Of a DNA stretch of 37,946 bases, positions 23,108-33,667 are shown piece after piece. A program made the position numbers and the translations under genes. The DNA comes from Nemertoderma westbladi (Eukaryota > Animalia > Xenacoelomorpha), in the NCBI GenBank assembly GCA_032718475.1, contig JAUCBJ010006516.1, positions 1 to 37,946 of the forward strand, read 5' to 3'. The stretch's first letter is position 1, and each line of letters starts with the position of its first letter. The notes below the pieces were generated by a model that ran no database searches, was not told the DNA's origin, and was given only the letters and a program-made list of their open reading frames with translations.

Positions 23108-26086
23108 ATGAGCCGAGAGAAAGGAACGACACCGCCGCGGACCCCGGACGACGATCTAACGATCCGCGAGGCCACGGCGAGACGATACGAACCCACGACG
23201 CCGGTCGATGCTACGCCGACCACGTCGACGCACGTTGACGCCACGTCGATAACGAGCAACACGGCGAACCAAGGTGTGGGGGGTCGTCTACCAGGAGAGA
23301 GCGAGTCGAGTAGAGGAGACGAGTCGGGAGGAGAAGAGAAAGACGAGTCGACGCGGAGCGAGGGTCGACGAACCGATGTCGCCGGTCCGCCACAGGCCGA
23401 GGACGACAAACGGTCCACCGGAACGGCGACGGTGGGGCCGTCGGTACGACGTCGGACCCGGAGAGACAGAGGAGAGGTCGGCGACGAGGACGTCGGGGTT
23501 TCTGATCGACTTCGACGGGCCTACAACGCGACCCGGGAACTACTAAAGGAGGCCAAGGAGGGGGCGAGGATAGACGAGGTCAGGATGACAAAGGGACTAG
23601 GTGAGTCGGACAGATACTTTGATCACCTAGTGTGTTCTGGGCAGAGAGAACTAGCAGAGTTGAGGGCGTGGGGAGTTGCCTTCGAACTGTTTAAACTATG
23701 GGAATGTGGGGGTATGGAACCTAGTGTAGTGTACATAGGGCCATACTTAGTCGATGCCAGGGAAGTTAAGTTAGTGGGTTGGGCGGGACCGCACGAGGGC
23801 GAATCCGAGGTTAGCTCCGAGGATTCGGTCTCGTCGGTCAGCGAGAACCCCGGAAAGCGGGGGAAAGTTAGTAGGACGGAGGGGCGACGGGAGTCCGTCG
23901 CAACCGGTAAGTCTGCTACATCCTCCGCAAAAGAAAGAAGGGTGCGGGAGATAAATCTGGCGTATGGAATAGAAGTGGCGGCGGCAGAGCAGAAAGAGTT
24001 AGAGAGGCGACTGAGTGAGGAAACCGCGTGGTTGGAGAGAGAAAGAGAGTGGGCAAAGGAAGAGAGAGAGAGAGTCGAGGAGTGTAGAGAGCGGGAGATG
24101 GGAGTAGAGAGCGAGTCGGCAAAGCGGTCTGAGATGCTTGCGAGAGAGAGGGCCGAGCGAAGTTTACGAAAGTGCATAAAGAAAGAGATAGAGATAGAGC
24201 GTGAGCGGGATGATTTGTGTGCCCAGATAGGGAGGCTTGCGCAATATCAAGCCAAACTTAAACGGCGCCGACTAGAACTGGCGCGGTTGGAGATATCAGA
24301 GAGTGAGACCCCACTTACAGGCACCGGGCGGGAGAACCAGAACTGGTGTAGCCGTACGGGCGGGGGGGGTAATAGTAGTACGTTAGGAAATGTTAATATT
24401 AATAGTACCGTAGTAGATAACCCTAATCCCTTTATTACAGGAAATAATATTTTACCGGGTAGTAGTAATTTAAATTTAAATACAAATACTCTAAATAATA
24501 ATTTCAATTCAAACCCGCAAAATAATTCGAATAATAATTTAAGTTTAGAGAATAGTAGTGATCTAAGTAATTTAAATAATTTAAATAATAATCCCGTTTC
24601 AAATTCTAATAATTTAATTGATTTAACAAATAATATTGGGAATGGTGCTATTAATATGAGCGTGTCGGACGTACATAACCCGGCAGACGGCGGCCTGGTA
24701 GGCCACGTAGTTAGTAGACAGGAGGTAGCGGGGTTGAGCCAACCCGAAGTGGGCCTGATGGGCCACGCAGTAGTAGAGAGAGAGGCGGGGGTGAATAGAC
24801 CCAGCCGTAGTGGAGACAGTGCGTCGACTAGAGAGGGGTGTAGAGACGAAGTAAGAGATAGTGAAGTTAGATGTGGCGAGTGGGGGGGGGCTACGGGCGC
24901 CCCACCACGTAAGACTAGTGGCGAGAGAGGGGGGGCAGAGAATGCCCCACAAGAGGGGTGTAGAAGTGTAGCAAGAGGTAGTGAAGATAGAAGTGGCGGG
25001 TGGGGGGGGGCTACGGGCACCCCACCGCAAGAGATTAGTAGAGAGAGAGGGGGGGCAGAGAGTGTCCCACAGCCGTCAGCGGATAATGCGAGGGCCGAAA
25101 TAGGTAAACCGCAACAACCGGCGACGGAGAGTAATAGGGGGATTGCGAGTATCCCCAGCGGCGTGCGATCGAGCAGAGAGAGGCAGGTTGACGTCGTGAG
25201 AGGGCAGGCGAAGCGTCGAGCCCGACCAGAAGAGAGAAGAAGAACAGTGGAGTTTAACCGGGAGGTCGACGAGAGATCTCATGAGCCGGAATACTGCACT
25301 GAAAAGAGAAGAAAAGGAGATAGTAGAAAAGGTGTCGCCACGAATGATAGGAGTGCGAGGACGGATAACGAACCGTCGACAGTAGAGATGGAGTCAGGGA
25401 GCCAGTGGGGTCGAACTTCGGGAGATTGCCGTCGCCCCGGAGAAACGCACCGCACGCCAAGAGAGGGGTACAAGACGTACCAATACAGAGTCGAGAACGG
25501 GAGAGGGGATCGAAGAGAAACTTCCCGACGTGATATAGCTGCCGATCGAGAGTACGGTAGTCGCGGGGAGATTAGAGATTCGCGAAGAATAAACTTCGGT
25601 TCGGAAGGGCACATGCAGACTGCAGGACATACTGTAGGCCTTACTGCACATACTATTATAGGCCATGCTGGGAGAGATAGAGTAGGCGATGGGGTAGCGC
25701 GAACGACGGGATTAAACCCGGAAGTCGCGGAGTACATACCGGTAGTTAGGCGAGAGGTAGGTAGGCCTATATCGGTACAGCAGCATGACTATAATAATAC
25801 ACAGGGACATAACATATATCCAGGGGAGGGGGGAGTTATTGGAGATAGACGTATGGGCCCCAATGTATTAACATCAACCCCAGTACCAAACATACCGGCC
25901 GGGGGGGGACAGGGTGACATTCCCCCATCACAATATCGACAATGTACCCCGATAGGAGCGAGAACATCGAACTCCCTGGACGAGAACAGGTCGTGCGGAC
26001 AGTTACCACCACACGCGGCCGTACAGGGGACTGCTAGTCCACAGTTAGCTGGTAGCAGGGCCACACCGTGGCAGGGACAGAAATAA
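23108..26086 (+). CDS. Gag-like 992-aa protein: E/R coiled coil, Asn-rich tract, disordered C-terminal half; no capsid motif recognised
   Basis: Long ORF right after the 5' LTR; same frame as the downstream knuckle region across a single TAA. Confidence 0.7.
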   Translation: MSREKGTTPPRTPDDDLTIREATARRYEPTTPVDATPTTSTHVDATSITSNTANQGVGGRLPGESESSRGDESGGEEKDESTRSEGRRTDVAGPPQAEDDKRSTGTATVGPSVRRRTRRDRGEVGDEDVGVSDRLRRAYNATRELLKEAKEGARIDEVRMTKGLGESDRYFDHLVCSGQRELAELRAWGVAFELFKLWECGGMEPSVVYIGPYLVDAREVKLVGWAGPHEGESEVSSEDSVSSVSENPGKRGKVSRTEGRRESVATGKSATSSAKERRVREINLAYGIEVAAAEQKELERRLSEETAWLEREREWAKEERERVEECREREMGVESESAKRSEMLARERAERSLRKCIKKEIEIERERDDLCAQIGRLAQYQAKLKRRRLELARLEISESETPLTGTGRENQNWCSRTGGGGNSSTLGNVNINSTVVDNPNPFITGNNILPGSSNLNLNTNTLNNNFNSNPQNNSNNNLSLENSSDLSNLNNLNNNPVSNSNNLIDLTNNIGNGAINMSVSDVHNPADGGLVGHVVSRQEVAGLSQPEVGLMGHAVVEREAGVNRPSRSGDSASTREGCRDEVRDSEVRCGEWGGATGAPPRKTSGERGGAENAPQEGCRSVARGSEDRSGGWGGATGTPPQEISRERGGAESVPQPSADNARAEIGKPQQPATESNRGIASIPSGVRSSRERQVDVVRGQAKRRARPEERRRTVEFNREVDERSHEPEYCTEKRRKGDSRKGVATNDRSARTDNEPSTVEMESGSQWGRTSGDCRRPGETHRTPREGYKTYQYRVENGRGDRRETSRRDIAADREYGSRGEIRDSRRINFGSEGHMQTAGHTVGLTAHTIIGHAGRDRVGDGVARTTGLNPEVAEYIPVVRREVGRPISVQQHDYNNTQGHNIYPGEGGVIGDRRMGPNVLTSTPVPNIPAGGGQGDIPPSQYRQCTPIGARTSNSLDENRSCGQLPPHAAVQGTASPQLAGSRATPWQGQK

Positions 26087-26746
26087 AATAACACCAAAAA
26101 TAAACACAATCCCAATATACCCAGTAGGCCGAGTCTAGACAACCAAAACATTAAATCGGTACATATAAACCTAAGCGCGATACGTGAAGGACTATACAGG
26201 AAACGCTATAATTCAGGATTCCAATGTCAATTACATCGGGACGGAACCCACAAGACCAGGAGTTGCAAGTACTGGCAAGCGTTGCCCAAACGAGATCGTG
26301 TAGCCTACACAGACGCAAACGGACTATGTCATCGATGTGTGGTAAAAGGACACAGATCCGGAGAGTGTTGGAAAGGGAGAGGATGTGAAAGGACTATGAG
26401 CAAACATAAGGGAGTCGGGAAAGTAGAAGGAGGCGTGTTGCATACACACGCAGGACGGACACAGTGCGAGGGGGCATTACATGAGCAGACACCGCGTATA
26501 CCGAGGGACGAGCGGGGGTCGTCGAGGGCTCTAATGCCAGCGCACATACGAAGGGGGAGGCCAGCAAAGGTAGCACCGAAGAGAGTGTGGCGAAGAGTTA
26601 GAGGACGTATAGGAGGGCAGCAGGAGAGTGCCTACCGGAAGAAGGGGCACGTGAGAGTTTTTAGTCGTCCAAAGTTTTGGACTGAGGGGGGTGGGAATGA
26701 GGGCGAGACGCCCTTCCCACGCACGAAATATAAAATAATTATTTAA
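26087..26746 (+). pseudogene. BEL-type zinc-knuckle (nucleocapsid) segment, in frame behind TAA
   Basis: CQLHRDGTHKTRSC...LPKRDR...GLCHRCVVKGHRSGEC...C; third knuckle degenerate. Confidence 0.75.
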
Positions 26747-26805
26747 TTAAATAAAATAATTAAATAATAAAGTAGGTAGAAGTTAGGTAGTTAGGAGTTA
26801 TTTAG

Positions 26806-27882
26806 GAGGTACGTAGTACCTAGGGTCAGAGTTAGTTAGTTAGTCAGTTAGCACTGATAGTTAGTGTTAGAGTAAGAGTTAGAGAGTCTCTCTACCGTTA
26901 GAGAGTAGGAGTTAAGGGGTACGTAGTACCGTTAGAGAGTTAGTAAGAGTTAGTAGGTACGTAGTACCTAGTTAGAGAGTCAGTAGGTACGTAGTACCTA
27001 GTTAGAGTTAGAGTTAGTAGGTACGTAGTACCGTTAGAGAGTTAGTAAGAGTTAGTAGGTACGTAGTACCTAGTTAGAGAGTCAGTAGGTACGTAGTACC
27101 TAGTTAGAGTTAGAGTTAGTAGGTACGTAGTACCGTTAGAGAGTTAGTAAGAGTTAGTAGGTACGTAGTACCTAGTTAGAGTTAGAGTTAATAGGTGCGT
27201 AGTACCTAGTTAGAGTTAGAGTTAGTAGGTACGTAGTACCTAGAGTTAGAGAGTTAGTAGGTACGTAGTACCTAGAGTTAGTTAGAGAGTCAGTAGGTAC
27301 GTAGTACCTAGTTAGAGTTAGAGTTAGTAGGTACGTAGTACCTAGAGTTAGAGAGTTAGTAGGTACGTAGTACCTAGAGTTAGTTAGAGAGTCAGTAGGT
27401 ACGTAGTACCTAGTTAGAGTTAGAGTTAGAGGGTACGTAGTACCGATAGTTAGAGAGTTAGTAGGTACGTAGTACCTAGTTAGAGTTAGAGTTAGAGGGT
27501 ACGTAGTACCGATAGTTAGAGAGTTAGTAGGTACGTAGTACCTAGTTAGAGAGTTAGTAGGTACGTAGTACCTAGTTAGAGTTAGAGTTAGAAGGTACGT
27601 AGTACCTAGTTAGAGTTAGAGTTAGAGGGTACGTAGTACCGTTAGTTAGAGTTAGAGTTAGAGGGTACGTAAGTACCGCTAGTTAGTTAGAGTTAGAGGG
27701 TACGTAAGTACCGGTTAGAGAGTAAGAGTTAGCGGGTACGTAAGTACCGGCTAGAGAGTAGGAGTAGTAAGAGGGTACGTTGTACCGCTAGCTAGTAGAG
27801 AGAGCTAGAGTAGTAAGAGGGTACGTTGTACCGCTAGCTAGTAGAGAGAGCTAGAGTAGTAAGAGGGTACGTAGTACCGCTA
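26806..27882 (+). repeat. Array of GGTACGTAGTACC hairpin units with GTTAGA-type spacers
   Basis: More than 30 copies visible; variants GGTACGTAAGTACC and GGTACGTTGTACC at the 3' end. Confidence 0.92.
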
Positions 27883-28026
27883 GTTAGGGGTGTTAGTAGT
27901 AGCAGTAGAGGGTTGTGGGCACCGTAAGCGCCACGTAGTTAGAGTTAGTAGGGAATGCGCTGAACTTAGTGGGGCACGGGCGTGATGATGTGTTTGATGT
28001 AAGAGCGAGGTATGTTAATTAGGGTG

Positions 28027-28625
28027 GGTGCCGGGCACAAGAGGTGCCGGGCACAAAAGGAGTAGAGTAGTAGACGGGCACATAGGGTGCCAGGCAGTAG
28101 AGTTAGAGAATTAGAGATAGAGTAGAGTAGTAGAGAAGGCACATAGGGTGCCAGGTAGTAGAGTTAGAGAGTTAGAGATAGTGTAGAGTAGTAGAGAGGG
28201 CACATAGGGTGCCAGTTAGTAGAGTTAGAAGGTGCCGTGCACAAGAGGTGCCGGGCACAAAAAGAGTTAGTAGAGTTAGAAGAGAGTTAGTAGAGTTAGT
28301 AGAGTCAGTAGTAGTTCACATAATTAACGTACCCACTCTGCCGGCACTCAGAGCGTCACGTGTAGGCGATGAGACGTAAAGGGGATGTAGAGGAGTAGAG
28401 ACGGGCACATAGGGTGCCAGAGAGTAGAAGAGTAGAGACGGGCACATAGGGTGCCAGGTAGTAAGTTAGAGAGGTAGTAGTGTAGTAGAGAGGGCACATA
28501 GGGTGCCAGGTAGTAGAGTAGAGCAGAGGGGGCACATAGGGTGCCAGGTAGTAGAGCTAGAGAGGTAGTTGAGTAGTAGAAGGGCACATAGGGTGCCAGA
28601 TAGTAGAGTGGTTGTGGGCACCGCA
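28027..28625 (+). repeat. Array of GGCACATAGGGTGCC hairpin units with AGTAG-rich spacers
   Basis: About 10 copies including the variant GGCACAAGAGGTGCC. Confidence 0.88.
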
Positions 28626-29320
28626 AGCGCCACGTAGTTAGAAGAGTGGAGTAGAGTTAGTAGAGCTAGTTAGTAGAGTTAGAAGAGTGGAGTAGAGTTA
28701 GCAGAGCTAGTGGAGTAGAGTTAGTAGAGCTAGTTAGCAGAGTTGGTAGACTCAGAGGAGTCAAGTAGAGTTAGTAGAAGTAGAAAGTTAGTAGGAGTTA
28801 GTTAGACTTAGTAGAGAGTTAGAGTCAGTAGAAAGTTAGAGGCTCTCAGTTAGAGCTAGAAGTAGTAAGAGTTAGTAGTTAGCAGAGTTACTTAGATAGT
28901 TAGAGTGAGTAAGCTGTAGATAGATAGTATGATAGCACAGGGGTAGCATTAGAGATTAAAGCCTTAGGGAGTGACAAGAGAGGGATGGGGTAACTAGTGC
29001 GGAGTGCGAAGAGAGCGTGGGCGCAATTCAAGTGTGGGGGAGGAGAAGTGAGAGGAAGAGTGTGGGACGAGGAGGTCCGGGAGTATGCGAGAGTTGGAGT
29101 AGAGTGGTGAGAGTGTTGGGGAAACAAAAATTGTGTGAGAGAAGCGCACGATCGGCCCGACACGAGACGCCAGAGGGTAGTGACATCATACCCATAGGGA
29201 GCGGCCTGGAAAGCCGACTCCGAAAAAATAGACCCACCCCACACCCGATAATAGATCGGGATCCAGCGGAATTGTAGCGCACTTGAGTTGGATGCTATCT
29301 TCTCACCGGGAAGATAGCAT

Positions 29321-29329
29321 GGGGGGGAG
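29321..29329 (+). other. Polypurine tract of inner element
   Basis: GGGGGGGAG directly before the 3' LTR. Confidence 0.9.
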
Positions 29330-29857
29330 TGTTAGCTTATCCAATTCCGCTAACACAAACCCATAGAGTGAGCCATAAAGCAATATTGGGAGCCTATTGT
29401 CAGCCCAGTAAACGGGGACAATAGGCCCCAAAGGAGACACACACAATAAGGGTCAGGGGTTACCCCCCTGACAAGAGAGAGAACAGCAAGGGCAAAGGGA
29501 AGCACTTCAGAGGGGGGCAAAGGGTGCCAACAGGGGTATCAACCAATCAGAGGGGGGAAAGGCATCGATTGAGTAGCAATAAGGCCACCGTGCAATATAA
29601 CCAGTTACCAGTAATCATACCGGTCAGTTATTCAGTTTACTCAGTCAGATCAGTAGGGTGGAACGGGGACTTCTGTCACCGTCCGCTACCGCCATTATAT
29701 ATTACCTATTGTGTCATACTATATTATATCAACTGTCAGACTATTATACCTTTATACATATTACCCAACATCAGAACTCTTTTACCTTTCACACACGGCG
29801 GGGACGCGTGGATAGAAAACCCAAACGGATAAACCGGGATCCGTAGATCCCGTCACA
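29330..29857 (+). repeat. 3' LTR of inner element (528 bp)
   Basis: TGTTAGC...GTCACA, followed by the TSD. Confidence 0.96.
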
Positions 29858-29923
29858 CTAATGCTACGTTTATGCTAATGCTACGTTTATGCTAATGCTA
29901 CGTTTATGCTAATGCTAATGCTA

Positions 29924-30826
29924 ATAATAATAATAATAAATGATATTTGTATTTGGTGTTGCAGGCGCCCTTAGGGAGTATTTACACTCTTATCAGGGCG
30001 CCTGCAGCTGCCGCACTAATCTAATTTACAATTACCGGTAAACAAAAGGGTTTTCAGTTCGCGCCTAAATGAGTCATAGGTCATCATGGATTCAGTTGAT
30101 CGGGTCGATGGCGGTAGTTTATTCCACAAACGAGGGGCAAACGAGAAGAAGCTCTTCGATGCTAGGGTGTTTTTCACAAGTGGGACAGAAAGCTTTGAGA
30201 GATTGCTGGATCGCAACGTACGGGTATCCTCAAGGATAGATATTTCATTGCGCAAATAAGTCGGGGCAGTCCCAGACAGACATTTAAATGTGATACAAGC
30301 AAGCTTATAATTAATCCGTGATTCAATGGGCAGCCAGTGAAGGGATTTCAGCATTGCCGTTGCCGAGGTGTACTTGTATTGTCCATTGATAACACGATAT
30401 CGCGGAGAATGAGTAACCAATCTTGCAGCGCTGTTTTGTATCATTTGTAGACGTTTAACTACTGATTTAGCGGATGTTTTAAGGACAGCGTTTGAATAGT
30501 CGATTCTGCTGGTTATGAATGCGTGGACTAGGGTTTCTAGAGCTGAAGTTGTAAGGTAAGGCCGAATTTTATACAAAGACCGGATATAATATTTCGATTT
30601 CGCTGCTGTTGCTACTATCTGATCTTTAAATTTCAATTCACTATCAAACACAACTCCGAGAGATTTAATCTTATCAGAGAAATCTATCTTAACGTTTCTG
30701 TATACAATTGTTCTAGCATTCAGAGGTATCTTCATTCTTTGTTGTTTCGTGCCATATACAATCAGTTCAGTTTTATCTGGGTTAATTTGTAGGTGATTTG
30801 TATTTGTATGATATTATGTGATTTGT
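29924..30826 (-). mobile_element. 5'-truncated L2-clade LINE, inverted, in the outer 3' LTR
   Basis: (TTA)n tail, 3' stem-loop 29960-30006, absent from the 5' LTR; no clear TSD. Confidence 0.9.
30016..30795 (-). CDS. L2-type ORF2 C-terminus
   Basis: HLQINPDKTE, SLGVVFD, SRIDYSN, LQMIQNSAARL, LHWLPI, APRLWNKLP. Confidence 0.88.
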   Translation of the reverse strand, partial: HLQINPDKTELIVYGTKQQRMKIPLNARTIVYRNVKIDFSDKIKSLGVVFDSELKFKDQIVATAAKSKYYIRSLYKIRPYLTTSALETLVHAFITSRIDYSNAVLKTSAKSVVKRLQMIQNSAARLVTHSPRYRVINGQYKYTSATAMLKSLHWLPIESRINYKLACITFKCLSGTAPTYLRNEISILEDTRTLRSSNLSKLSVPLVKNTLASKSFFSFAPRLWNKLPPSTRSTESMMTYDSFRRELKTLLFTGNCKLD

Positions 30827-31563
30827 ATGCTATTTATGTGTAATGTTTTAGATAGGTGCTATATACCGTACCTTGATTGTTTCTGTTTTCTATTTATGCT
30901 TGTTAAATTACTGTTAGCTCCAATAATACGGTATTTAGGCTGTCTTTAGTCTTTAGTGTAGCCCAGTAACGTAACTAATTAGCGTTACAAATTCTGGAAT
31001 ACCTAATAATTAGTAAGCAACCCCGTACATTTGAGTAAATGTAGTTTATGTATGATAGTATTTAGAATAAAATAAGGACTTCGTACGCTGCATAGCGGAG
31101 AATAGTTAGTTATTTACACTTTGGAAATACAGAAATATCTTTGGACAAATTTACACTAGGCAGGTGGTTATCTAAAAAAATAGCGGGTTTGCAAGTCTAC
31201 AGTAGTTGCAAGCGTAGCGAGCAGTAATATAGCTGATTACAGTCAGCGCTAAGGGCACCAGGGTTTAGGTAAATAATTTCCCCCCTTTTGCATTATTAAA
31301 TATTCTCACATTCAACATTTGTCCGCCTGACGAACTGCTTTATTTCTCTGTGTAGGGTGAACAATTGGAGTGTTAAGTCACCAACACTCGTATTAAGTAG
31401 CTTGGGAAGCCAAATCAGATTTATTGTTTTGGTTGTTTCTGTTTCGGCTTGTGTTTAGGGCAATTAGCTTGGTATGTTATAGTTTGATTAACCTCATTGT
31501 TTCATTCGAAAATACGAACATATCAAAAGGAAGAATCCCCTTTGAGATTTCTTTAACAGAAGC

Positions 31564-33008
31564 AACATTCAGCGTTTCAACTTCAGACCAATATCACTCC
31601 TTACAATAATATCAAAAGTTCTAGAAAAGGTTGTCTTTGACCAAATGATGGGCTATTTTTACTCAATGAACATTATTGATAAATTTCAATCAGCCTTTCG
31701 TAAAGGATATTCCGTACAGACATGTTTGATTTTCCTGGATAACTACATTAAACACGCCATGGAAAACGGGAAAATGGTTGGAATGGTCGCTATTGATCTC
31801 CAGAAGGCCTTCGACACGGTTGACCGATCCCTTCTCATCCACAAGCTAAAGTGCCTTGGCCTCTCACGATGTGCCATAGCATTTTTCGAGTAATATCTAT
31901 CCGGTCGAACACAATACGTCCAGGTCAGTAACAGCAGTTCAAACACGCTTCCAATAGATATAGGTGTCCCACAGGGTGCTCTACTCGGAGTGATTCTCTT
32001 TGTGGCTTATATCAATGATTTTCATTGTCAACAGCTTGCAAACTTCCTGCAATATGCCCCCCTTCATCTACAGTTGCCACTGCCATGACTCACAATGTAA
32101 TTACAGATGACACTGACCCTTCTCCAATGTATGCTGATGATACAAACATCCTTGCAACAGGGACAGACCCAAACCACATCTCGATAAATCTAACAAACAA
32201 ACTGAAAAATATCTCAAACTGGGCCATAAACAACAGACTCAGCATACACCCAGATAAATTTGAGGTCATAATTTTTGGGACCCGTCAGCGTCTCTCACAT
32301 GTAGATAACTTCACAGTGGAGCATAATGGTGTGTCACTGCCTGTCTCAGGCACGGTTAACTACCTGGGGTGCCCACTGGATCCAACCCTGTCCGGCGAAG
32401 TTGCAGCACGCAAACGCAAAGCCATCCGGAAGGGGAACTCGATTCTTCGTTTCCTCTATAGAAACTCGGCTACACTCAGGACTGAACAGATTCGAAGACT
32501 TCTTTGCAACTCGCTTATACAACCTCACCTCGACTTTGCATCCCCTTCGTGGTACTTTGGCGCTTCCTCCCAACTACGAAAACAGATCGAGGCGCTGCAG
32601 CGTAAATGTATACGTTTCTGTTTCTCACGCCAACCCCGTTCTCACATAGGCGTTCCAGACTTTGTCTCCATAAACTGGCTTCCCCTCCGTGAGCGCGTAC
32701 ACCAAATAATCCTCTCCACTATGTACCGCATTTACACTGGGACAGCACCAACCTACCTCCAGGAACTTGTATCCTTTACCCAATCACGGTCTCGCTTGAG
32801 GAGTGACATGAAACCGAAGGCGATAATCCCACATTTACACTCCGTGGTGGGCCAAGAAAGTTTCGCGTACCAGGGCCCTTTCTTATGGAACCAACTGCCT
32901 CATAGCGTAACAAGTGTTGAATCAATTGAGTCCTTCAAACATAAAGTAAAATCGTATCTTCTCGAAAAAATCATGTCATCCGATATATCAATATATACTA
33001 GTAACTAA
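31564..33008 (+). pseudogene. LINE A ORF2 part 3: reverse transcriptase with stop (31891-31893) and frameshift (~32020-32085)
   Basis: FRPISLL, QSAFR, DLQKAFDTV, GVPQG, MYADDT, YLG, WLPL, LWNQLP. Confidence 0.92.
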
Positions 33009-33667
33009 ATTCCTAAGAAACTGCATTCCAATATTTCATACAGTACGAACTTTATATTTGTGTCTAAATTGCCCCTTCTTATTTTTATTGTGTTGTTCTA
33101 TAAAACCTCAATACCATAATATATTACTCTTCCTATGTATCTGTTTGTATTTTTTTTATGCCACTGCCATTTCAATATTTTTATTTCCCTCTATATGCTC
33201 GGTTCTGTTTGATACTAGTGTAAATAATTATTATATTTGTATTGTATGTATTATATTCATGTATGTATTATTATTGTATGTATGTATTATATTTGTATTT
33301 ATGTGATATTCCTCTTTAATTTATCATCTACCGTATCTACTGAGATCTACTGTATTTATTATTTATTTTTATCTGAAAAAACATATTTTTAAAATGTTAA
33401 TTAGCAGACAAAAACAGACAGACATACTAATACTAACTACTTATATTAATTTATTTTTTATCTTACTCAAGGACTTATTACAACAATAAGATTTTCATCA
33501 CATAGACTTTGACAGACAGACTGACAGAAGGCTACGCTGTACACTTGCATGCATACATTTAACTTACTTGATTTATATATAATTATAAAATTATTTATAT
33601 TTGATTTGATATTTGATTTACTTGAAAACGTTACCAGAAATAATTCCGGCTAAGAAAGCCAGCTGCA

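Larger units (their letters stand above)
22451..29857 (+). mobile_element. Inner BEL-like LTR element, non-autonomous, very recent
   Basis: 528-bp TG...CA LTRs, 5-bp TSD CTAAT (22446-22450, 29858-29862), PPT, BEL-type knuckles; no pol. Confidence 0.92.
12192..31558 (+). mobile_element. Outer BEL/Pao LTR retrotransposon, gag-only (non-autonomous)
   Basis: TGTT...AACA LTRs, 5-bp TSD GAAGC (12187-12191, 31559-31563), BEL-type Gag; no protease, RT, RNase H or integrase core motifs seen. Confidence 0.92.
21452..31558 (+). repeat. 3' LTR of outer element, split by two insertions
   Basis: Begins TGTTGCGATATATGG after the short purine-rich GGAGCGG; resumes at 29863 and 30827; ends TTTAACA. Confidence 0.93.
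8268..33008 (+). mobile_element. LINE A: CR1-group (Crack/Daphne/L2-like) non-LTR retrotransposon, interrupted by nested insertions; UTR limits not defined
   Basis: ORF1 + APE + RT; ORF2 rejoins in frame across both insertions (MGAPSKN|KKASTSIP and IFKKGS|NIQRFNFRPISLL). Confidence 0.92.

Noticed and set aside
26084-26086. Programmed readthrough at the inner element's TAA
   Set aside because: TAA-A is not a leaky context; more likely a nonsense mutation or deletion junction.
26806-28625. CRISPR-like repeat/spacer look of the palindromic arrays
   Set aside because: Repeats are only 13-15 bp, spacers are themselves repetitive, no cas genes, eukaryotic LTR context.
26750-28900. Telomeric repeat (TTAGAG resembles TTAGG/TTAGGG)
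   Set aside because: No regular canonical telomere array; internal to an LTR element.
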